A stretch of DNA of 64,000 nt from Orbicella franksi (GCA_964199315.1 OZ116707.1:16616001-16680000), one strand, 5' to 3'. Counted from the first letter of the stretch, positions 1 through 30,385 are shown. Translations and numbers: made by a program. The notes: a model not told the origin generated them from the sequence alone.

Positions 1-594
1 ATTTACATCTTGTACAGTTTCACAAATGAAAAAGTTGAATTAACTATTCTGACCACGAAGCACAGCCTTTTGGCGAGTTACACAACACGGAAAGTTTGTT
101 TTCTGACAACCAATTATGGAATACAATGAATCTGCAGAGCTACAAATCGGAAAATTTATTTTCTGACCACTGATCTGTGGGTAATCATGGCCATTTGCCG
201 AGCTACACAGAAGATTTGTTCTCTTAGCACAACTCATGGCCATTTGCCATTGCGAGCTACAAAACATTCTTTCCTGATGACGCAGGCTTTAGTCACTTGT
301 TGACGAAGGCTAGCGGGTCAAAATACGTGCAGCTTTGCTGAAATCATACACACATTCTTCGAATCTATATGGCGAATATGTGACTGCGTGCATGCGCTCA
401 TAATGTAATTTGCCCCTGCTGCAGGAGGCCAAATCAGCCAACAAATCTGTCCCAAAAATTCTCATGACAGACTGGATTAGGATTGCGTTACACTGTGTGA
501 ACGCAATAATAATCACCATTGCAATAACAGTCCTGTAGTCCTCAACAATAATATTGTGACTTCACACACCATATGTCAACAAGCGAATTACTTA

Positions 595-3426
<2,832 letters not shown>

Positions 3427-4472
3427 GTTGTGTTGAGAATTGTTCGGGAAACAACGCTGAAGGTTCAAGACAACGCGGTCAATTCTACTAGCAGTTGAAT
3501 CTCGGCTTTTTCCCGTTTGCTTTTCATTAAAATTTTCTAGGTGTGTTGTCACCAGACTCATTTGCGTGAAACCGGTAAATCAAGTTTCGTTATCGGATTT
3601 GCATTTGTGACAGTCACGAAACATTGGCGCCAAAATCTTGTTATCTCGCGCCAAATATTCGCGTGGGCTAAATTTTTTTTTTCCACCAGGAGCCGAAATT
3701 AACTTTGTTGTTCCATAATGTCGGCAATAAGTTTCGTTTAACGGAGAATACTGTTGGGTTTTTATTAGGGAAAAAACAGTAGAGTTTCGCGTAACTTACG
3801 TATAAACAAACCAAACCAGTTCTTGGTTTGTAAACGTGATTTTTCGGCCACTTAATTACACATGTACGAGTGATCCCTGCGTACATTTAGACACTTCGTA
3901 TTTTATTTCACTGGACGATTGTAAGAGAACGTGGAAGGTCTGTGAAGGTCTGTGAACATACTACGGTCCTTTTAGATAAAACTTTTCGGGATAAACTGTA
4001 ACTTTTACAGTACAAAGTCCATGTCATTCATGCAATAAACCAAAGTAAATTGAACCACTTATCGATACAACTCCCTATTTGATCTCTTTGTAGCCGTATT
4101 TGACCCCAAGTCTGACTAAGCACAATGTCTGTATTTGACTCTTTGTTGACAAGTCAAGAGTGACTCAAGTGTGAAGGCATTGCAAAACTCGTAACGATCA
4201 ACCACACGTTACGGTGTCACGACTTCCACCAGTGGACTAATGTCACATCCTCCAGATTCCTTCATTAGTGTTGTCACTTTGGCGCCACTTCGTAACTCTA
4301 ATTTTATATCTGACATTTTACAATGTGCGAAAAAAGTGAACACTTATATCATTGTGAAGTATATATGAAATAATTCATATTTGAACTGCGGTAGTAGATG
4401 AAAGTGAAGTATGATCATCGCAGTAAATTTTCCAATTTAAGCAACTGGAAAGAAGAAGCCTGAAAAAAATCA

Positions 4473-4506
<34 letters not shown>

Positions 4507-4545
4507 GATACCGGTGCGATGCTCTACCAACTGAGCTATGAAGCC
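4473..4545 (-). pseudogene. tRNA-like head of repeat unit (pseudo-tRNA, GGT at anticodon position)
   Basis: Reverse complement of the 4785-4857 cloverleaf, with A box, B box and a downstream T-run. Confidence 0.8.
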
Positions 4546-4784
4546 ACACATTGGGAGCGAGGTCAATTAATTGAGTTCATATCTTCCCGTGAGTGAAATG
4601 ATGTGAAGTATATATGAAATAATTCATATTTGAACTGAACTTAAATTGGAAAATTTACTGCGATGATCATACTTCACTTTCATCTACTACCGCAGTTCAA
4701 ATATGAATTATTTCATATATACTTCACATCATTTCACTCACGGGAAGATATGAACTCAATTAATTGACCTCGCTCCCAATGTGT

Positions 4785-4823
4785 GGCTTCATAGCTCAGT
4801 TGGTAGAGCATCGCACCGGTATC

Positions 4824-4857
<34 letters not shown>
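4785..4857 (+). pseudogene. tRNA-like head of repeat unit (pseudo-tRNA-Thr(GGT)-like)
   Basis: Acceptor stem GGCTTCA/TGAAGCC, D stem GCTC/GAGC, T stem ACGGG/CCCGT with TTCGAAT loop. The anticodon arm is imperfect (A31-C39 mismatch, C at position 33). A T7 run follows. Confidence 0.8.
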
Positions 4858-5033
4858 TGATTTTTTTCAGGCTTCTTCTTTCCAGTTGCTTAAATTGGAA
4901 AATTTACTGCGATGATCATACTTCACTTTCATCTACTACCGCAGTTCAAATATGAATTATTTCATATATACTTCACATCATTTCACTCACGGGAAGATAT
5001 GAACTCAATTAATTGACCTCGCTCCCAATGTGT

Positions 5034-5072
5034 GGCTTCATAACTCAGTTGGTAGAGCATCGCACCGGTATC

Positions 5073-5106
<34 letters not shown>
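5034..5106 (+). pseudogene. tRNA-like head of repeat unit, D-stem/A-box mutated
   Basis: Same as 4785-4857 except TAACTCAG replaces TAGCTCAG. Confidence 0.75.
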
Positions 5107-5854
5107 TGATTTTTTTTTTCAGGCTTCTTCTTTCCAGTTGCTTAAATTGGAAAATTTACTGCGATGATCATACTTCACTTTCACTTATATCATTTGTGCA
5201 ATGTTATACTGCACAGAGGGGGGAAACGAATCAGATGTAAAATGGATACACAGCAAACCCGTTATGTGATCTGTCACGGCACAATCAACAGGACAAAGCC
5301 AGTCTAAGTAGTCAGGCATTTTCGGATTGGCAGCTTTTCACCGTTACACTCCACGGTCAAAACGAGGAGACTTGAAAAAAAGAGCTTCCGAGCCAGCCTA
5401 TCTTGTTTGTAACGCGGGTGCGGGTGGGGATGGGTCTGATCAAGTTGTCTGCCAAAAAATGGGAGTGCACATTCACGCACTAATTTGTCTGATATTGTTT
5501 TGTTGCCTTGTAAGGGAAGCCGGCATTGATCAGTGATCACCATTGATGTAGCTTCACACAACTCCTTGAGTATGATGTTTTGTCTTAATATTTATTAGTC
5601 TTCAACACCTCAACTGCAACGATTGATGGACAACGCAATGGTATACCTTCTCTTTATAAGTATTGATTCCGCGTTTTCTTCGGATACAAACCGACAAAAA
5701 TCTGGCACAAAAATACCTTCCGTGGTTCGATCTCCTAAATTTTATTCATTAACGGACTGGTCCTGCAAGCGTTTCGCAGCACTGCGACTTTGGTGACTCT
5801 CAACTCTCCAAGCGTCACGCAACCTTTGGAAAGAACTTCCGTCACACAACGCCT

Positions 5855-21713
<15,859 letters not shown>

Positions 21714-21937
21714 TATTTATATTAAAGCTTAAATACATGAAGAATAAAAATCATGTGAATTGGTTCACTGTCAAAGTATATTTGTACATCAATCTCCGAT
21801 CTTCTGCAATCTGTCTTTCGGCCATCGAGCCGACTTGGCCTGGATGCCAAGTTCCCGCCAGAAAGGCCTGGTGACATAGCTTCATGGTTACAAAGCTCAA
21901 AAATGGCGGTCCTCTAAGCACGTTTAGCTGTGAAAAC
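21714..21937. promoter_or_regulatory. Compact bidirectional promoter between PARG and METTL14
   Basis: The divergent ATGs are separated by 224 bp. There is an E2F-type TTCCCGCC at 21852-21859 and a YY1-type AAAATGGCGG at 21900-21909. Confidence 0.75.
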
Positions 21938-24900
21938 ATGGGTGACAGATTAAAACAGATCAAAGAAAAGTCGAAACTTCGGCGTCAAATTCTTGCACAA
22001 CAGGTAAAAATGCTTACAGTGACATTATGAGGCAGCAGATGAACATTCTCCAGTGTTTGAACGAAAATTATGCCGCGAACTCATCAACAATATATTATTT
22101 TGCAAGTATTTTAAGGATTATTTCATTGTGAGTTTATGTTCCCGGGGTCATGTTATGACTTATAAATTGTGCTGGCAACTTCTAGTCATGTATGATTATC
22201 TTTGTTGTCGTATATTTGCTAACAAGTTATGTAAGTTTTGAGTCATATACTAGTAAAAGTCATCTAAATGTACATACCACAAGAGAGTTGACACAGGTGT
22301 GTTCTTTGAGTAATTGGCTCACAAGCGGTAAATTAAGTATTGACATGAGTGCATAGAGAATTAAAGTTTTATTTCGTTATTCAGCTTGGTGCATCAGGAA
22401 GTGATGCTATTGGAGACCTTTTAACTAGTAAAGAAGAACAAGAAGTTAAAAGATTAAAATTAACAAAGGAGAAGCAGAATATAGACCAGCATGGAAGTAA
22501 CACAAACATCAGTACAGCAACAGAGGTAGCATTACCTGGTATCCCTGCAGGACCAACTAAGGTTGGTATTGGTATAGGTTACTAAACCACAGGAACACCA
22601 AGATTCATTGTTAGGGGTTAGGGGCCAAACAGTTAGGGGCTAATTGACTTGGGAGCTAAACATCCAGTTACCCAATAATTGATATTTTGCCGTTTATGGA
22701 ATTCTTGTATTTCAATTTTAGCTAACTACAGTACATGTACTCAAAAATTTTAGTCATTAGCTATTCAAGTTATATTAGTAAAATAAATATAATTTGTGGT
22801 TCAATATTACCTTAATTAGTATATTTTGTATTTTGCTTTGTTTCAGATACATTACTTTTCATATAAATTATTCACCATACACCAAAACACGGGAAAATAT
22901 CAAATTGCACCAATAATGATGTGCAGGGTGTAAAGAAAACCAATATTTGGGCTTGCCCTTTGGGAAAGCTTTAATATGATGTACTAACCTGAAAATCAAT
23001 CTCACTAGTCTGGTCCCCAAAAAGTTCATCTCTTACAATACTTCAGTCTGTTACTTGCACTTCCTCCAAAATTTTCTCAAGAAATTTCAAATGTCCCTTG
23101 GGCAAGTGACGAACATAATCCACTAGCCCAAACAGAAAATGTATAAACCCCAGGCTACAATATATATGGCAGCACTTTCTTTCCACACTATATGTTTTTC
23201 TTTTCTTTTTGTTTTGAGGTTTTCTACTATTAATACTGATCATGCCATTAGCACATTATACTGTATATATTATGGAACTTTGTCCTTTAAAATTACAACT
23301 TGCTTCCAGGTGCTGACATCACGAGAGGAGAAAAAAGAAGGAAAAAGTTCTTCCCAAGGGGATGGTCAGAACCCAGACAAAGTAAGCTTGACTTGTATTG
23401 AAGCTCATGGACTTACGAGTGTTTGTTGTTGTTACCTGTTTAGACTTGGGTAAAAGCTTTTTCTTCTAGAAAAGTTTTTCCTTCAATCTCTTGAAAGCTT
23501 GTCAATGGTGATTTATGCTATATGGTACTTGTGCATGTTTTTGTCTAGACTTTCCATCTTGATCATTCAGTTCATTTTTTTCTTTCAAGATTTTGACAAG
23601 TGGTAATTGTAATAACAAAATAGGACAAAGACAAGACATACATGTATAAGTAAGAGAAATTAATTTAGGAAAGACCCGTAGTCCTTCATATAAGAATACA
23701 ATTTGTAATTAAAGTATTGTATTATTTTGTTTTTCTTTGCAAGAGTAAAGAGGACTCTGAAGAGGACGATGTGGAAGAGGTTGTCTACAAAGATTCTAGC
23801 CATTTCTTGAAGGTAAAGTCTATTCTTAGGGTCAAAACAACTGCGTCTTTGACATCTTTGACATGGTAAAGAACACAACACTTATCTTGGCTAGGGTTTG
23901 AACCCGGACCACTCAATTCGTAACCAGTGCACTAACTATAAGGTCAATGCTCCTCCCCCTATTTGACATATTGATACAAATCCTGTCAGCTTTCAGACCT
24001 GCCACACCCAGCATGCAGCCAGCCATGTGATCTTATCGTCAAAGCATGTGGTTTTGTAGGTGCTTGTAAGCCACTAGCATACATGTACAAGGAGAACAGC
24101 TGAAAGGGGGACAACAGCTGTTAGTGATAAACAAGGTATTGCTGTCATGTGGCAGCATGAAATTCTAACTAACAACAGGAAAAACAACAACTTACAGGGA
24201 CTGATACAATATGGGATCTGTCCTCGGTGACAAAGTTTGAAAACTGCTCAAAGGCATTTAATTTATTGACAATTGGTCAGGTGTAATGTCTTAAGAATCT
24301 TTTAATTAAATCTTATCATATTGAAAGGGATGTTTTATGTTGATAACTGCTGGGAAATAAAAAGTTAAGAGAGAGACGTTTGTGCAAGAGTGTTACCTGG
24401 TGACAACTTTGCCATCGTGATATTGACTTTTGAGTTGCTTGTTTGAACATATTAATTTTATACTTAACAAATAAAGGAGCCACGACTGTGCTCTGTTCTG
24501 TTGTAAAGCACGCAGGAAGCAGTAGACCACGAAAGAAGTGTAGGGGAAAACACGAGACGTAGTCGAGTGTTTTTCCCCACTTCTTGAGTGCTCTACTGCT
24601 TCCTAAGTGCTTTACAACAGAACAGAACACAGTCGAGGCTTCTTTATTTGTTTTATGATAAAGAATCCGATAATTTCTCCACGCATTTGGCTGAATTTTC
24701 AAACCAAACTTTAGTTTCCAAACGAGCAAAAGTGGCGTCAGCCGTGCACTGTTCTCTGATAAAGCACGCTAAAATAAGCCAATCACAATCCTTGTTAGAA
24801 CTGTTCAAATAATTTGATTGGCTAACAAAGCGACAGCTGTCCATCACAAACTGGACTTCAGCTAAGCTTTCAGTTTCGAGTAGTTCTGAGCGGCTTTCGA

Positions 24901-27900
24901 GAGAAGAACAATGCCTTCAAAGTTTGCTTTTAAGTTAATTTTTAAATACGGATCTAAAGGCAGGTGAAGGTTTATAGTCCAGAGGAATCCGGCCGTATTG
25001 TGGCCCATGAAAACGTGCACTTTTCCAGTGGAAATTATGAAATGCTGAGCTCAAAGCTTGCGGATGAATATGCGAAATGTCATGTTGAATTTGAAAGGAG
25101 CTACAGTTATTTACGGCTTGTAGCCGCATGCTGCAAGATTGCCCGAACTAGCGTAAAAGATTAAATGACTCCCACTGGTTCTGCTCTGAGCACAGAAGAG
25201 AATATCAGAGCAAGCTTTGCACTGAGCACTCGTCGGTTCACTTCGCTGAGATGACCGGAGAACGAGCGTTACTACACTGCATGTAAGTGTTGTTTGAGCA
25301 ATTGAGCATTTTTCCAAAAATGAAGTTTCTCATCATAAACAGAGACAGTTCAATTGTTGTTTTCTGTCATTGTTTTACTTCTTAAGTATAATTTCTGCCT
25401 TCGTAACAAATATAATGTCTTTTATTGAAGCACTGTTTAGGTTGAGAATTTGTTTATTTCGCTACGTGTTTTGTCGGCGGGAATCTAGCAAAACTTGTTA
25501 TTTTAGTACAGTTTTAACACTACTGTTGCTAACAATGGTCTCTGTGAGCCCTATTTACTACAGACAAATAGCTTGTTTCCATTGCGTTTGTCTGAATCAC
25601 AGGGGATGTTTAATTTGGGGCAAATTTGTCAAAATTCCGAAGCAAAAATTTCAAAGCCAACTTACTGTCATCAACCCGTGCTCTGTTCTCTGATAAAGCA
25701 CGCTCTTTCAGCCAATCAGAGCGTGCGTTATATGGAAACTTTATTATCAAATGACATAATTTAAATAATAAGTTATAAATTATGTTTTTTTTCCAGGGAA
25801 CACAAAGTGCCAACCCCCATAATGATTACTGTCAGCATTTTGTTGACACAGGACAAAGACCTCACAACTTTATCAGAGATGTTGGTGAGTCATGCTGTAA
25901 AACTAAATTAGCCATAATAATTACTAATAAGCTTAATAAGGATTCTTCTACTGACTTATTATTACCAAGTGGCAAGTGTCAACAAAAGCTGCACATTTTA
26001 GAAGGTAATTGTTTCATCCATTCGTTATGATAGGTCTCGCAGATAGATTTGAAGAGTATCCTAAATTGAGAGAACTCATCAGGCTCAAGGTAAGGCTGTG
26101 CAATACTACTTGCTTATTGACTGATTGGGAGGGCTGGATATCCAGATTGAATTTTATGGCCCTTTTAGTGCCATAAACAGAGTATTCACTCTACATTTCT
26201 TCTTTTAGGATGAGATCATTGCAGAGAGAGCTACTCATCCAATGTAAGTACTACCTAGACAGTAACACAATTTGTGTTCAAAAAATATAATTATAATTTA
26301 CTGGTAACGTAGGATTACGCTGTTTTTACTTTGAATAACGTCATTAAGATTTACGTTTGTCGCAATGTTATTTTTGTGATGAGTTGAATTTTTGTGAATA
26401 TGATACAGAATTGATGCATTCCCCAATTAGAACCATGTGATTGCCAAGCTCTGGCAATCTTATTATTCCTGCGATTAATTGTAAATTTGAGTCTTCTGAG
26501 AATGTGTTGTTCGGTAGTATCAACAGGATACTTCCCATATGATCATCTTCTTTATTTCTTCCCATTACATTTTTTCTGTTTCCTTAAAAATGTAAACTGA
26601 AGATACTGCTAAGTATCGTAAGGAGATCTTTTAAGGACAAATAAAACCTTGCCATCAGTTCTCAGCTCCTTGACAGATTTTAATCATTCCAATTCTTTGT
26701 TGTTTTCAGGTATCTTCAATGTGACCTTGACATGTTTGATCTGGATGAGTTGGAATGTAAGTTTGACGTGGTGTATATTGACCCACCCCTTGAGGAATAT
26801 CAGCGTCGTGCATCAGGCACCATCTTCAGCTGGAAACCATGGACTTGGGATGAGGTCAGTTCCAGTAAATTTTCCTTCAATGTACATTATGTACTTTTCA
26901 AGGGAAAATATGTGAATGTTGTAGGCAAAATGAAAGTTGAATGCAAAATGAAAGTTGTATGTCCTACAACCATGTTGTGGTTAAATATTATAAAAAAAAT
27001 TACTTATTACTCTACAGATTCTAAAACTGGAGGTAGAAAAAGTTGCAGCCCAACGTTCATTCCTGTTTCTTTGGTGTGGCTCACACGAAGGGCTTAATGA
27101 AGGGAGAAAGGTATAATTTACATAGACTGAATTTCAACCATCTCCTCAAGTCAGTCACTCACTTCTGTGGGAGGGTGCTACTCAATGAGAAATTCACTGG
27201 CTATTGGTAGTGAAAATGCAAAATTAGTAATGAAAAAGTCATTAGTGTACTTTAAGATGAGAATTTTTTGTGAACAATGATTAACAGTCATGTATAAATA
27301 AAATTTAATTTTCTCAATTTAATTACACAGATGATCAAAAAAGGAAACAATAAATGATATCTACAAAATTTAGTTTTTACAGAACACTAAATGTTCAGGA
27401 CTTAGTAAATAAGTAAGGAATTACCTCTCATCCCTGGAGTTGTTTCAAAATCTTCTGTGCCGAAGGGAACTTGCATAGTGATATGTTTACTTCTTAACTG
27501 CACTTCATGCCGTTAACTTCTTTTCCTGTGAATAGTGTTTAAAGAAGTGGGGCTTTCGTCGTTGTGAGGACATTTGCTGGATCAAAACAAATAAAACCAA
27601 TCCTGGAAACACAAAATATCTTGAACCAGATGCCATATTTCAACACACTAAAGAACACTGTCTGATGGGAATCAAAGGCACTGTAAGGAGAAGCACTGAT
27701 GGAGACTTTATTCATGCAAATGTTGATATTGACCTCATTATCACTGAAGAGGTAAATTATTGTTATCTATGTTTTATTAGTAGTTATTTATTTGTTTAAT
27801 TTTTTGTGTTATTATTATTGATACCAGCCATGTGTAAGCCTTATAGAGGTACAGATAAAGAAAGCCTGAAAAAAATTAGCTTTTTGGCGTGATTAAATGC

Positions 27901-29736
27901 TGTGACTTTGAAGATGCCAGCATAATCATTTACTGCAAAACGAGCATTACTGCGCCTTTCAATAACATGCGGACTCTAAAATTCAAGGCTCAACTGACAA
28001 ATGCGTTTTACGCTACCATTAATCAAATGTTTGGTGGCTCCTCCCAACTACTGACTTCTGCTGAGTGTGTGGTAATCAAATCATTGAGCACAGTTCAGAA
28101 AACGAAACAGTGCTCGGCAGTAGTCGGGAGCTGGGTGGAACTGCCAAACATTTTGATTGATGGTAGTGAAAAACGCATTTGTTGGTTGAGATTTGAATTT
28201 TAGAGTCTGCGTGTTATTGAAAGGTGCAGTAAGTTAATAATGGGCCAGTTCAGATATATTGAAATTATAACTTGGCTCCGAAGATTAGGGGAATAAAGTA
28301 AAGAAATTAATTCATCTCTCAACCTCAAATCAATTTCTTTTGTGTATTCTCCTAAACCTCGGAGCTAAGTTAGGATTTTAATACAGTCGAACCCCTATTA
28401 ACTGTATATCAAAATTGGCCTAATGTCAAGTAGAGGAATACAGTAAACACCTGCATATTAGAACAAATGGATTTAGAACATCAAGCTGAAATTTGGCCCA
28501 TAAAGCACCATTTATATAAGAACCAGTTCAGCGTGATAAATACAACATGTTCTTGTGTAATAAGGGAGAGGGTGTTGAAATAAGAAAGCAATACATATAG
28601 CTATGGTTGCTGCTAGACAATGGTGGCCCAGTTGAGTTAGCATGACTGTAAGAAATATATAAAAAATGTTCATTTCTACTTTTTAATGTTAACTTGTTTA
28701 CTACCTGACAGAATTTTATTTTATTCATTGATTTACTGATTTGTTTACTTACTTATTTATTTATAATAAAATGTACTAACTAAACCTCTAATAACATGTT
28801 ATGTCTAGTATTTCTGAAACAAAGTTTAAGAACATATTAAGAACATCTTCAGGCTGATTTCTCACTAAGCAGCCAATAAATTAGAACTAGATCAGCCTGA
28901 ACCCCAAGATTATGTGTTCTTATATGCGGGTGTTTACCATACATGTAAACAATCAGTATTGTTGTCAAATGGATCTGACATGGTCTTATTTGGTGGTTTA
29001 TTCGTCTCTCAGAAATGACCACACAAGGTCTCCGAGATATAAACAATCTGAATGGGCTGTCGCAGAGGTTTGGATCTTGACAACTAGTACTCCACATTAT
29101 AAGTAGTGAGTCTGTGATGTACTTTTTTCCCCCAATTTGCAGCCAGCACTAGGAAGCACAGAGAAGCCAACTGAAATATTTCATATTATGGAGCACTTCT
29201 GTCTAGGACGACGTCGCCTTCACTTGTTTGGCAGTGATGATACCCTGAGACCAGGTAACAATTTAAATTTGAATTTGAAATTTTATTTCAGGACAGCAAT
29301 TTAATAATCTTCTCTAGCACAATTATGCGGCCAAAATCCAACAGCATTGGCCTCATGTTGGTTTCTCAAAGATATTTCTCCATGCAGCCATTTTACAGAT
29401 TTTAAATTGTTGATTGTTTTCTGGTTTCTTCAAGGTTGGCTTTCAGTAGGACCAAGTCTGTCAAGTTCAAACTTCTCTGCCGATCTATACAATTCCTACT
29501 TTTCCAATGGACCTGAAGACCTTATCGTTGGCAGCACACAAGAAATTGAGACTCTTAGACCAAAATCTCCCACAGGAAAACACAAAGGAGATGGTGGAGG
29601 ACGTGGGGGTGCAAATGCAGCCAGTCGTGGGGGCCCAGGTCCTAGAGCAAGGGGAGGAGTTCGTGGGGGGATGATGAGAGGGGCAGGGTTTCAAGGGAGG
29701 GGAGGAAGGGGTTTTGTAAGCTTCTCTGTGAGATAG
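21938..29736 (+). CDS. METTL14: m6A methyltransferase complex subunit METTL14, 12 exons, 464 aa
   Basis: Exons: 21938-22003, 22385-22525, 23310-23381, 23744-23812, 25797-25884, 26034-26089, 26209-26243, 26710-26854, 27018-27110, 27536-27751, 29143-29254, 29435-29736; total 1395 nt. Motifs include [98 protein letters not shown] and a C-terminal RGG tail. Confidence 0.97.
24469..24649. mobile_element. Palindromic hairpin MITE within a larger repeat cluster (about 24.4-25.77 kb) in METTL14 intron 4
   Basis: AAATAAAGGAGCCACGACTGTGCTCTGTTCTGTTGTAAAGCAC... is mirrored by ...GTGCTTTACAACAGAACAGAACACAGTCGAGGCTTCTTTATTT. The related motif CTGTTCTCTGATAAAGCACGCT recurs at about 24750 and 25683. Confidence 0.8.
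27947..28232. mobile_element. MITE with about 40-bp TIRs
   Basis: TTACTGCGCCTTTCAATAACATGCGGACTCTAAAATTCAA / TTTGAATTTTAGAGTCTGCGTGTTATTGAAAGGTGCAGTAA. Confidence 0.8.
28269..28371. mobile_element. Short palindromic MITE
   Basis: AACTTGGCTCCGAAGATTAGGGGAATA / TATTCTCCTAAACCTCGGAGCTAAGTT. Confidence 0.6.
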
Positions 29737-30035
29737 TCAGGATCAAAAATTACCAAAACAATGATTTTGATAAGAAAAACCATGATTGTGTTTTGCTATC
29801 ATCAAGTTAGTTAGAATGTGGTCATTATCATACAACAACACAAAGTTTGTACTTTTTGCCTTCGCGTCGTTTACTCTTACAGAGTGCTTGCCTTTAAATT
29901 TTAGTTTTCTTTGAGAAGATGGAACAATATATATATACTTCTTGAACTTGAACAGAATAAATTTACAGAGCGCTTGACTCTGAGAGTAGCAGTGTAGATA
30001 ATAAACAACGGTAGCAAGACTTCAATTCATCGTTT

Positions 30036-30091
30036 TATTGTGACAACGCTGTTTCGTATGGTCAAAGGATGACCACACTCATCAGGCAATA
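30036..30091 (-). ncRNA. Minimal type-I hammerhead ribozyme (Penelope-like retroelement type)
   Basis: The minus strand reads TATTG-C-CTGATGA-GTGTGGTC-atccttt-GACCATAC-GAAA-CA-gcgt-TG-TC^A-CAATA(AAA). Both catalytic boxes, an 8-bp stem II, a short stem III, a GUC cleavage triplet and a 5-bp stem I are present. Confidence 0.85.
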
Positions 30092-30344
30092 TCAACGAAT
30101 GGCCGTTAAATTTCACAAACTGGCAATTAAAAGCTAACTTTAGGTTGCTATGAGATATAAAAACAGTTGCTATGATATGGAAAATCAGATGCTATATAAC
30201 ATTGAAAAACTGGCAATAAAAAAAAATAAAAAAAAATAAAATAATAATGATAATAATAAAAAGTAAAATAAGAATAAAAAAATGAAACAGTTGCTATGGG
30301 ATTTAAAATCTGAAATCTCGTGTTGCTAAAAGATTGCATTACTT

Positions 30345-30385
30345 GCTCACAAAGATATATATACATATATATATATATATATATT
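30345..30385. repeat. (AT)n microsatellite
   Basis: GATATATATACATATATATATATATATATAT. Confidence 0.85.

Larger units (their letters stand above)
4354..5181. mobile_element. tRNA-derived tandem repeat/SINE array, 249-bp unit: about 1.1 units on - then about 2.2 units on +
   Basis: Near-identical units recur at a 249-bp offset (4764 vs 5013). Orientation flips at about 4637-4640. The direct repeat CACTTATATCATT flanks the array (4341-4353 and 5182-5194). Confidence 0.9.

Noticed and set aside
274-330. CTGATGA as a hammerhead core (also 6578-6584 on -, and 52742-52748 on +)
   Set aside because: There is no stem II followed by GAAA and no stem III/NUH, unlike 30036-30091.
310-519. 69-aa minus-strand ORF as the next ETNPPL exon
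   Set aside because: It lacks the expected SEANDLALR / AYHG continuation and I recognise no domain.
4785-4857. Functional tRNA-Thr(GGT) genes
   Set aside because: C33, a mismatched anticodon stem, an anticodon atypical for eukaryotes and embedding in a 249-bp repeat all indicate SINE-type heads.
4375-5240. Three near-identical 63-75-aa ORFs (MTSLPMCGFIAQLVEHRTG...)
   Set aside because: They are translations of the tRNA-like repeat unit, not a gene family.
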